A program made the translations under genes and the position numbers. The notes under the pieces are model-generated. The model was not told where the DNA came from. It ran no database searches and worked only from the letters and a program-made list of their open reading frames with translations. 16,466 nucleotides of DNA from assembly GCA_038046625.1 (NCBI GenBank), contig JBBSVV010000026.1:1-16466 (forward strand), given 5' to 3'. Each line of letters opens with the position of its first letter. Position 1 is the stretch's first letter. This DNA comes from an archaeon (GTDB lineage: Archaea; Iainarchaeota; Iainarchaeia; Iainarchaeales; Iainarchaeaceae). Of this stretch, positions 1 to 8,106 are shown one piece after another.

Positions 1-143
1 AACCACTATAAATGCCGAAAAACTTTCGTGGTTTGCTATAGCTATCAAAAGCGTTTAAGACATTATAGAATTTTACTGAAAATAATGTCTTTTGATATAA
101 TATCCAATTTTTTTAAGGCAGTGGATTGTTTTGGGTTGTTCAA

Positions 144-3100
144 TCAGCTGCCGCTTGCACAATTAAGTTCTGATGGTATTGCGGAGCATAACTCAAGGCC
201 GCAGAACAGGCTTTGGCTGGATTTTTCAAAGTCCCCGTAAATCCTGTCCTGGTTCCACCAGAACTCGGTTTTAGTTTCGCCCGTTAAGCCGTCTGTTGAG
301 GCTGAAATGCAGACGTACTTCTGCTTCACAAGTTCAAGTATATCCCCTATGCTTTTGACCTCTCTTAGCCCTGAAAGCCCGTTCAGCTGTACGGTGTCCA
401 AGGCAACTCCCTTTAGGTCGTCGCTGAACAACGAGGATTTTCTCTGCGGGTTGTCGCAGGCAAGGCTGATTGCATAATTGCTTGAGTCGGGAGTATAAAA
501 CATTGTGCCGAGCGATACACTGCCGCTTGGCGCGTTCGGCCAGTAAAAGCCGTACGCGTTTTCAGGATAAGTCAGCCCGCAGAGGCCGGGCGCATTCGCC
601 GCTGAATATTCAGTGTACGCGCGGTCCTTTGTGTCATTGAAAACCCTGTTGCCGGAAAAATCAGCACAGTTCGCGAGGTTGGATGCAATGCCGGTCCATG
701 AGGAAGCGTTCTCCATATCCCCGAGCCTTGGCAACAAGCGATTGCTTGAATTATTCACGTAAATGAAGCCGTTCGCCACGCCCCTATTCGAATCAATTTC
801 AAGCAATACAGGGGTTGGAACGCTCGGCGAATAAGTAAATGTGTAATCTGGCGACCCGTCATTGGAAATTGTCAGGATTTTTCCCCTCTGCGTTGCATTG
901 AGTGCCGTGAAATCCGTTTCCTTTGAGAGGCTGAGGTTGGCAACAGGGGTTCCCGAGCTTCCGGTTATCCTGAGGTCCCCGGAATTTCCCGAACCGTAAA
1001 TCCCTATTGCAGAAAATTCCCCGCTGAATCCGGTTCCATAGCCCTGCCTGTTCACGAAGGTTGGGTTTCCGCCCTGGCCGAAGGTGGCGCCGACATTGGA
1101 GTTGATTGGGAGCCTGTAGAGCAAATCCCCGGAATCAAGCTGGCTCCTGAGCGAGAGCACAACATTAACGTCAAAGTTTGTTTGCCCCTGGGGGAAGAAT
1201 TTCCAGTTGCCCCGGTTTCCGAACCTCAGAGCTATTGTGACGTCATACAGGCCGGGCGCGGGCAATGGGGTAAAGACCGAACCGGTCTTTGAGCTGAAAT
1301 GTATCTTATTGTTCTTGAAAAGGTTGTTGAAGCCATCCGGATCCGTGAATTCTGTGCCTGCATTGAAGAAGCCCGAGTCCATCATTGCGGTGTTGTAGTC
1401 GCTCAAAAAGTCCCGCGAGTAGCCGTCAGGCATCAGGAAAGCCTGGAAGTTCAATAGCTTATCGGAATTCGAGAAGTCATTGTTCCGCTCCACGTCTGTC
1501 TTCAGCCTCTGCAGTTTGTGCATTATTTCGGTTGTGAATTGGGTCGCGTCGCAGTAATGGAAGTCGGCATTAAACCTTGGGGTGGTTGAATTGAAGTCAA
1601 GGAGGTCGCAGGAATCTATCTTGATGTTGCTCCAGTCCCATGAGGCAAGGATTCTTGGCACCGCATCTTCGCCTGTCACGCCTTCAATGTCGTTCGGGCC
1701 GTAGCAAATGTTTTCGCTTCCCGCGTCAATGCGCACGTGGAAATTTTGCTGCAGAACAGGGTAACTCGCCTTCAAAATAAGGAGCACAAAGCGGTTTATG
1801 TTGCTAGTTACCTGGCTTGAACTGTTTTCGTAAGTGTCAACCGCGCCGCCGGTTGATTCCGCAGCCCACTCCATCATTTCAACAGCATCATTCTTGGAAT
1901 TATCCCACGCATAACCGGGTTCGGGACTGTCATTCTGCAGCAGGTCAGTGACGTACGATTCCATTGTAGTCGGGTGCCAGAAGAACAATGAAATGTTGTT
2001 TGCATTGGCCTTTTCAATAAGGTTTTTCACAATGAGCTCTTCCGTTCCCTGCCGCCAGTAACAATCGCCGGCGCTGTACGGGCTGCAGCTGTCCGCATCA
2101 TTGTCCCTTCCGGAAGGCGCATTGTCCCCTATGATGAGGAGAACCCTTCTTGTGTTGCTGCCCAAGTTGCCAAATCTGTCAATCGCATCCTGTGCAGTTG
2201 CACCCCAGGCCTCGCTTAGGGTGTCGGTGCCGCCATTAAAGCCGAATTGCTTGTCGCCCCAAACCAAATCACCGCTTATATTACAATTTGCCCACCATTT
2301 TGATTTGCCGCCATTTTGGCCGTCACCCATTTTGAAAACCTTGGCATTCACGGTAAATCCGTTACTTGAGAGCTGATTCTTGAGCTCGTCTATTCTTGAA
2401 CACACTGTTCTCCACGGGACTTCCATGCTTCCTGAAGTGTCAATCATTATGCCGATGTCAATATGCGTGGCCGCAATGAGATTGAATGCCGTTCTCGCGT
2501 AAACCGTTGCACCCGCATCGTTGGTTCTTGGCGTCGGGCCCCCGTTCCGGTTCTTGAAGTACACGACCACCCAGGTGTCCTCCTCACTGATGACAAATGG
2601 CCCGCTGCCGGTTACTCCAAGTTCCTGAAGGGTTCCGAGAACCTGCTCTTTTCCGTCAGCCGGAATTGTTGCAGAAAGGCTCTTTTCCGTCGAGCCGGAA
2701 AAATGGATCTTGTAATCAAAGGTATAAGTCGGGTTGTTTGGTATGTTTTTTGCGTTAACGTAATCCTCAACATTAATTAACGCGTAATCCCTTCCCTTGA
2801 AACCGGTGTTGACTACGCTGAAGCCGATGTCTCCACCGTTGTCGGAAACGTTTCCGAGGAACCGCCCCTTAATGGTTATGTTGGTGTCCGGAGTGCCTTC
2901 CCACCACAAATCCATCATGCCTTGAGGGTCTCCAACTATATTCAGCTGTATGAAACTTGCCTGGTCCCCTGAAACATTGAAATCAAATGTCCCGAGTTTT
3001 TGCATTGCCTGCCCACTTAGAACGCCAAGGACATAGATTTCATTTTGCGACGGAATGAAAGTAAACAGGTTCGAGTCCAGTTCTATTTGTGCCGAACCCG

Positions 3101-6100
3101 CATTGGTGTCAATGGCATACATCGTCCACCTTACACTTACCGTGCCAAGGTACTGGTCAAAGCGGGGCTGTTTAATTGAGTACCTTCCATTAGCCCCGAG
3201 GTCAAAGGAAACGTTAGGCTCCCAGAAGTCCGGAATAAACACGTGGGCCTTGTTGAATACGTTTCCGTCTTCCTGCCCTGAAAAAATGTTGAACGCGGTT
3301 TTTTGGATGCTGAATAGGTCATTCTGGTCGTCACTGACAATGACCTCAACCATGTTTACGTCCTGGAATTCTGCTCCTGAATCCGCATATCTAGCCTTGA
3401 TGTAAACATCATACTGGCCAACCAGCTTGTCCCCGAGAGCAAGGATGTCTGCGCTTTCCGTAGGCCCCAGCCTAAAAGATGCGCTGTCCTGTGACTGTAC
3501 AATTATTGACTGGCCGCCTTTTTTGAGCGTAATCGGACCTGCATCGGAATTCGAGGAAACGCATGCCGGGCTGTTCGGCGGGGAACATGTTATGGTTTGT
3601 GTTGCCGAGGGAACATAGAGTGCGACCTCAACCGCCTTTTCGCAGCCCGAAGTGCTGATTGAAAATGTTCCGGAAGAGTTATGCGTTGTTTCTATTCTTT
3701 CCGGGGTTATTGTCAGGCAATCGAATTCAGTGGGCGAGAAATCCGCCGTGAACGCGCTTGTGGCACTGAGCTCGACAATCCCCGAGTCATTGTAAAATGC
3801 CTTCTTTGCCCTGACATAAATCTTGTCGCCCGCACTGAACATTGTTTCTATCTGCGCACTATAACTGCCATTTCCGAATTCAATGAACGGGTTTGGCGAA
3901 TCAAAAGAGCTTGTCAGGCTCCATTGCACAATCGCACCCCTAATCGGAAGGCCTGCCGCATTTGTGAGGCCGGCAGTAATAAGGTTAGGTGCCACTCCGG
4001 CATTCAAATGGTTTGGCACAACGGAAATGTTCATGGCATTCTTGTCGGGAATCCTGAAAGTGTAGGTAATATTATCGTCCGGCACATTGAGCCCGAGGCT
4101 TATGCCGAGCTTTGAGGACGAACTTGCCTTTATTGCCTTGAGGTCCGGGTCGATTGTGTAGCTTGTGCCGTTCTGGATGTTCACGGCACTTATGCTTGCA
4201 GGAGTGAGCTCCAAAGAGCCATTATTGTTCGAAAATGTAAGGGTTGCATCGGAAACATCCCTTGACTGCGGCTGCTGGTTGAATATCGAAACATGGATTG
4301 AATAAGGCACATCCTGCCTGAGTTCCTGCGTAACCAAAAGGTCGAGGGTTATGGGTGAGGCAAGGTAAAGCGGCGGGCTCGATTTTTCGCTTAGAGTAAC
4401 GTCAAAGGCAAAGTTGGCGCACTCAACCATTACGGGGTCGCATTCCAGAGGCTTGTTCACGTAGAAACTTTTCAGGTAAAGATTGTTTTGCGACGGCAAA
4501 AACAAGTCCTGTCCCGCGAGCCGTGCCTTTGCGCCGTACCTGACCTGCAGTTCCGCATTGTCAGGCGCATTAGTTGCAACGAAAACCTTTGCAGTGAAAT
4601 TGTAAACCCCGGGGCTTAAAGGGCCGAAGGAAAGCACTGCGAGCTTCGCGTCAACCGAATTCGTTATTTCGGCCTCAATGCCGGCATGATTGTTGCCGGC
4701 GTCATAAGCATTATACCTCACAACAGAGTAGCCGCCTGATTGCGCATCCTCAACCCTTATGAGCGAGTCAACTCCCCTCACTTCGGAGTTTTTGCCCGTG
4801 CGAACAACAGCAACCGCGGAATTCAAATCGCTTTTTACCTTGAGTGTGAACGCGAGAATGTAGTGCGAGCCGGCCTTGAACGAAGTTGCGGCACTTGAAC
4901 CGTCGCCCTTTAACACGCTTACAAGGCCGATGCACATATTGTTGCCGTTGTCGCACTTCAATTGCGGAACGTTGTCGCCCGGCCTGTGCAGAACCACCCT
5001 TGGCGCAAGGGTTTTTTTGGAAATAATCTGATACGAAATTGTCCGCGTAGGCAGATACTCTGCCTTGCTCACCAAAAGGTACGGCTTCCTGTTTTCCTGC
5101 AAATCAACCTTCTTGGTTTTGCCGTTTGTTGCACTGAGCTCTTCCGCAAGCTTTGTGCCGTCAATCTCGTTTATGAACTCAACCTTTGCATCCTGGACCG
5201 GCCTGCCGTCAGTGTCAACTACCTCGACAACCATGGAGCCCTGGCCAAGGACAAGCGTGACCTCAAGAATGAGGTCAGGGCCCTTGGCAAGCGTTCCCTT
5301 CACGGAGCTTCCGCTCGCGCCCGCCTTTTCCGCACCGGCATTATAATCGCCGAACGGCATGTTCTCAAATGCAATCTCCCCGGAACTTGATGTGGTGCCG
5401 CTCTCAACATAGAACCTGAGAGTTGATTGGTAAAGGTAAACCTGCGCGCCGCTCACAGGATTTCCGGCGAAATCCTTGACCCTCACAATGACTTTGCCTG
5501 AATTGTTCGGCGGATCCGCCTTCTCCATCAGGACTGTCGTGGCGTTCGAATCATTCGGATCAACTGTTGGGACGCGCGCAATGAATTTGTGCACGTAACC
5601 CTGCAGCTTTGCGGTAACCGCGTAAGAATTGTTTGCGTCAACGTTCGTGAAAAGCGCGATGCCGTCTGAAAGCGAGGCAATCGTGGAAACAAGCGCATTA
5701 TTCTCGTAGAGCGAAACTCGAACCCCTTCGAGAGGCTGTTTTGTGGATTTGTCAAGGAACTTAAGCAGAACAACTTTTTGCTTCGGGCCGTTCGGGCCAA
5801 CCGCGAGCTTCGAAAGGCTGATGGTAATTTCATTTTCCTTGTCGGCCTCGACATCAACGATTTCGGAATCCAAATTCGCGTACACGGGCAAGGCACTTTG
5901 GTCGCGCGCCTTCACATAATACCTGCCGGGCCCAATGCTGAAAACGGCAACTCCTGAGGAGTCGGATTGCGACTGGTTTTTCCAGATGTTTCCCTCCTCT
6001 GCAAAAAGCAGCAGGTCTATTCCCGGAATCGCTTTTCCTGAAGAAGCCTCCCGGACAAGCACCCTTATGCTTCCTTTTGCCTGGCTCAGCGCACTCATCA

Positions 6101-6800
6101 GGAAAACGGTTCTTGTTCCGCTCAGCGCCTTTTGGTTCGGGTTATAGCCCGTAAGGTTCACGGTTGCCGTGAGGATTCCGCAGTCCGCTCCAACCAAAAT
6201 TCTTTCCTCGCTGCCGGAATTTGTTTTGGTGCTCGGCGCGGGGTAATTCTGGCTGCACGCGAACTGTATCGAGGCACCCGGCAATGGCTTTCCCGCCTGG
6301 TCCCTGACCTCAATGTACTTTTCAAGGAGCGCGGGCTTTGCCGCCTTCAGGACTATTTTTGCTTCTTTGCCTGACTCAATCTGGAGTTCCTGCGCGTAAT
6401 CATCATACCCATTCTTTGAAGCCTTGACCTGCACCTTTAGCTGGTCAATCTTGAGAGAGGCTTCGCCGAATGCGTCGGTTGAAAGCGCATCCTGCTTCTG
6501 GCCATGCATTACAAGGAGCTGTGCCCCCGCAATGGGCTGGTCGGATTCATTGACGACGAGGAATTTTGCCTCGCCCCCAGCGTTAAAGAGCGCGCCGATG
6601 ATGAATGCGCCCAAAAGAAGCACCAGTATCAGTGCCAAGATTCCGATGAAAAGCAGGAAGCTCGGCACAACCTTGTCAATAGGGTCGATTACCTTGTAAA
6701 CCGGAATCTCTTCATTGAGTTTGTCAAGGAAATTGTAATACTTATCCTCAAGCGAGAAATAATACGCCTTGACCTGCCCTATTATGTCATCCAAGCCCAT
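144..6800 (-). CDS. Giant (~2,218 aa) membrane-anchored cell-surface protein, putative adhesin: N-terminal TM anchor, carboxypeptidase-regulatory-like/CnaB-type repeats, vWA domain, Cys-containing C-terminal region
   Basis: Uninterrupted 6.66-kb ORF. Start moved from 6851 to ATG 6800 (MGLDDII...) because the extra 17 codons cross an AT-rich promoter-like stretch. Single hydrophobic segment FLLFIGILALILVLLLGAFIIGALF (~6584-6660); repeated V-x-V-x-D-x-x-G-x-P-x-x-G-A-x-V motifs; IDIGIMIDTSGSM (DxSxS, 2424-2441) and RRVLLIIGD; many N-x-S/T sequons and paired Cys. Confidence 0.9.
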   Translation of the reverse strand: MGLDDIIGQVKAYYFSLEDKYYNFLDKLNEEIPVYKVIDPIDKVVPSFLLFIGILALILVLLLGAFIIGALFNAGGEAKFLVVNESDQPIAGAQLLVMHGQKQDALSTDAFGEASLKIDQLKVQVKASKNGYDDYAQELQIESGKEAKIVLKAAKPALLEKYIEVRDQAGKPLPGASIQFACSQNYPAPSTKTNSGSEERILVGADCGILTATVNLTGYNPNQKALSGTRTVFLMSALSQAKGSIRVLVREASSGKAIPGIDLLLFAEEGNIWKNQSQSDSSGVAVFSIGPGRYYVKARDQSALPVYANLDSEIVDVEADKENEITISLSKLAVGPNGPKQKVVLLKFLDKSTKQPLEGVRVSLYENNALVSTIASLSDGIALFTNVDANNSYAVTAKLQGYVHKFIARVPTVDPNDSNATTVLMEKADPPNNSGKVIVRVKDFAGNPVSGAQVYLYQSTLRFYVESGTTSSSGEIAFENMPFGDYNAGAEKAGASGSSVKGTLAKGPDLILEVTLVLGQGSMVVEVVDTDGRPVQDAKVEFINEIDGTKLAEELSATNGKTKKVDLQENRKPYLLVSKAEYLPTRTISYQIISKKTLAPRVVLHRPGDNVPQLKCDNGNNMCIGLVSVLKGDGSSAATSFKAGSHYILAFTLKVKSDLNSAVAVVRTGKNSEVRGVDSLIRVEDAQSGGYSVVRYNAYDAGNNHAGIEAEITNSVDAKLAVLSFGPLSPGVYNFTAKVFVATNAPDNAELQVRYGAKARLAGQDLFLPSQNNLYLKSFYVNKPLECDPVMVECANFAFDVTLSEKSSPPLYLASPITLDLLVTQELRQDVPYSIHVSIFNQQPQSRDVSDATLTFSNNNGSLELTPASISAVNIQNGTSYTIDPDLKAIKASSSSKLGISLGLNVPDDNITYTFRIPDKNAMNISVVPNHLNAGVAPNLITAGLTNAAGLPIRGAIVQWSLTSSFDSPNPFIEFGNGSYSAQIETMFSAGDKIYVRAKKAFYNDSGIVELSATSAFTADFSPTEFDCLTITPERIETTHNSSGTFSISTSGCEKAVEVALYVPSATQTITCSPPNSPACVSSNSDAGPITLKKGGQSIIVQSQDSASFRLGPTESADILALGDKLVGQYDVYIKARYADSGAEFQDVNMVEVIVSDDQNDLFSIQKTAFNIFSGQEDGNVFNKAHVFIPDFWEPNVSFDLGANGRYSIKQPRFDQYLGTVSVRWTMYAIDTNAGSAQIELDSNLFTFIPSQNEIYVLGVLSGQAMQKLGTFDFNVSGDQASFIQLNIVGDPQGMMDLWWEGTPDTNITIKGRFLGNVSDNGGDIGFSVVNTGFKGRDYALINVEDYVNAKNIPNNPTYTFDYKIHFSGSTEKSLSATIPADGKEQVLGTLQELGVTGSGPFVISEEDTWVVVYFKNRNGGPTPRTNDAGATVYARTAFNLIAATHIDIGIMIDTSGSMEVPWRTVCSRIDELKNQLSSNGFTVNAKVFKMGDGQNGGKSKWWANCNISGDLVWGDKQFGFNGGTDTLSEAWGATAQDAIDRFGNLGSNTRRVLLIIGDNAPSGRDNDADSCSPYSAGDCYWRQGTEELIVKNLIEKANANNISLFFWHPTTMESYVTDLLQNDSPEPGYAWDNSKNDAVEMMEWAAESTGGAVDTYENSSSQVTSNINRFVLLILKASYPVLQQNFHVRIDAGSENICYGPNDIEGVTGEDAVPRILASWDWSNIKIDSCDLLDFNSTTPRFNADFHYCDATQFTTEIMHKLQRLKTDVERNNDFSNSDKLLNFQAFLMPDGYSRDFLSDYNTAMMDSGFFNAGTEFTDPDGFNNLFKNNKIHFSSKTGSVFTPLPAPGLYDVTIALRFGNRGNWKFFPQGQTNFDVNVVLSLRSQLDSGDLLYRLPINSNVGATFGQGGNPTFVNRQGYGTGFSGEFSAIGIYGSGNSGDLRITGSSGTPVANLSLSKETDFTALNATQRGKILTISNDGSPDYTFTYSPSVPTPVLLEIDSNRGVANGFIYVNNSSNRLLPRLGDMENASSWTGIASNLANCADFSGNRVFNDTKDRAYTEYSAANAPGLCGLTYPENAYGFYWPNAPSGSVSLGTMFYTPDSSNYAISLACDNPQRKSSLFSDDLKGVALDTVQLNGLSGLREVKSIGDILELVKQKYVCISASTDGLTGETKTEFWWNQDRIYGDFEKSSQSLFCGLELCSAIPSELNCASGS
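1780..2465 (-). other. von Willebrand factor A (MIDAS) domain within the giant protein (approximate limits)
   Basis: HIDIGIMIDTSGSM (beta1 + DxSxS), then GGTDTLSEAW, RRVLLIIGDNAP (beta4 + Asp), ANANNISLFF and AAESTGG, in the usual vWA order. Confidence 0.8.
4985..6570 (-). repeat. Six tandem degenerate ~80-100 aa beta-sandwich (carboxypeptidase regulatory-like / transthyretin-like) protein repeats; a seventh copy lies near 3760-4030
   Basis: Repeat heads: FLVVNESDQPIAGAQL, IEVRDQAGKPLPGASI, VLVREASSGKAIPGIDL, LKFLDKSTKQPLEGVRV, VRVKDFAGNPVSGAQV, VEVVDTDGRPVQDAKV and AGLTNAAGLPIRGAIV. Several are followed by T/S-D-x-x-G and A-x-K-x-G/E-Y motifs. The repetition is visible at protein level only. 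Confidence 0.8.
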
Positions 6801-6926
6801 TGGAACCAACTTAAAATATGGAAAAAATCTATATATACACAAGTTTCTCATATTTAAACCTGTTTAATCGGGGAAAGCGCTGCGGGCAACGGCAACAAAT
6901 AAATAAGGGAAACCCGAACTTAAAGT
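6801..6926. promoter_or_regulatory. Divergent promoter region (giant protein / GH130) with archaeal TATA-like boxes
   Basis: AT-rich 126-bp gap. TATATATA at 6830-6837 lies ~30 nt upstream of ATG 6800. TTTAAATA on the minus strand at 6851-6858 is the same octamer found upstream of lemA. AAATAAATAA at ~6897-6906 precedes ATG 6927. No clear SD for either gene. Confidence 0.5.
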
Positions 6927-8027
6927 ATGAACATCGAAACAAAAGTGCTTATCACTCCTGAAATGATTACGCCCACGCTGAAAAACTTCCGCGTGCGCGG
7001 CGCAATCAACCCCGGCGGAATAAGGTTGCCGGACAAAAAAATAATGCTTTACGCGAGGATTGCGGAAACCCCTTACCACGACAATAAGAATTACCTTGTC
7101 CCGCGCTTTGTCGGCAAGAACGAGCTCAAGGTAATCATGGACAAGATACCGCGCAGAAGGGGCAAGGTGTGCCCGGACTGCTTCATCATGGACACAGAAA
7201 CGTACCTGCTGTACAGGCTCCCCACGATTTCACATTTCAGGAAAATAATCCTTGATGAGAGCGGCGAGCAAGTCGAGAAAATCAGCCAGTCCCCGGACTT
7301 TTTCGGGCTGATGAATGACGGCGACTTCGGGGTCGAGGATGCGCGCATGACTTTTTTCCGCAGCGAGAACAGGTACGCCATGACCTACGTTTCAGTTTCC
7401 CTGAAATCGGGCGTAACAACTTCGCTTGCAACCTCAACAAACCTCTCGAACTGGAAAAGGGAAGGGGTAATATTCAGGCCACAGAACAAGGACGTGGTTT
7501 TGTTCCCGGAAAAAATCAACGGCTATTACGTTGCATTGAACAGGCCCGAGGGCACAATGATTTTCGACAAGCCCTCAATCTGGCTGTCTTACTCGAAAGA
7601 CCTCCTGTTCTGGGGAAGGGACAGGCCTTTGCTGAGGCCACGGGACAACAGCTGGGAGCATGTAAGGGTCGGCGCCGGAACCGTCCCGATAAAAACCAGT
7701 GAAGGCTGGCTCGAGATTTACCACGGGGTCAGGCTCAAGAACAGGAACAACGCGAACTCGAAAAAAATTTATAGCGCGGGCGCAATGCTCTTCGGCCTAA
7801 AGGACCCGTCAAAAATTCTAGCGAAAACCCCGAAGGACAACCCTTTATTCGAGCCTACCACGAAGGAGGAGAAGCACGGCTTCATGAACAACGTTGTTTT
7901 CCCCACGGCGGCAATCGAGAGCCTCGACAAGAAGAGCCTTTTGGTTTACTGCGGCGCCGCGGACTCAAACACCGTGCTGAAGAAGCTTCGCGTGAGCGAC
8001 ATACTCAACTCGCTCGAATTCACGTGA
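6927..8027 (+). CDS. GH130-family glycoside phosphorylase/hydrolase (five-bladed beta-propeller; beta-mannoside phosphorylase-like), 366 aa
   Basis: Motifs INPGG, YARIAE, TISHFR, GVEDAR, YAMTYVSVS, NKDVVLFPEKING.Y.ALNRP, W...RVGAG..PIKTSEGWLEIYHGV, YSAG, NVVFPTA and YCGAAD match GH130. Confidence 0.9.
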   Translation: MNIETKVLITPEMITPTLKNFRVRGAINPGGIRLPDKKIMLYARIAETPYHDNKNYLVPRFVGKNELKVIMDKIPRRRGKVCPDCFIMDTETYLLYRLPTISHFRKIILDESGEQVEKISQSPDFFGLMNDGDFGVEDARMTFFRSENRYAMTYVSVSLKSGVTTSLATSTNLSNWKREGVIFRPQNKDVVLFPEKINGYYVALNRPEGTMIFDKPSIWLSYSKDLLFWGRDRPLLRPRDNSWEHVRVGAGTVPIKTSEGWLEIYHGVRLKNRNNANSKKIYSAGAMLFGLKDPSKILAKTPKDNPLFEPTTKEEKHGFMNNVVFPTAAIESLDKKSLLVYCGAADSNTVLKKLRVSDILNSLEFT

Positions 8028-8106
8028 CGCAAAAAAATCCGCATCCAAGCGCAATTAAATACATTTCGCACACCAATTATACAAGGCCGCTTCCAAGGTC
8101 TTTTTG

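Noticed and set aside
28..240. 70-aa plus-strand ORF
   Set aside because: Overlaps the 3' end of the giant gene in antisense, has no recognisable motif and runs through AT-rich intergenic-like DNA.
6801..6851. 17-aa N-terminal extension of the giant ORF (MRNLCIYRFF...)
   Set aside because: Spans TATA-like elements; ATG 6800 is the more plausible start.
1207..6857. Numerous 60-144 aa ORFs antisense or out-of-frame within the giant gene
   Set aside because: Shadow ORFs expected opposite a long gene with moderate GC; no motifs or start signals.
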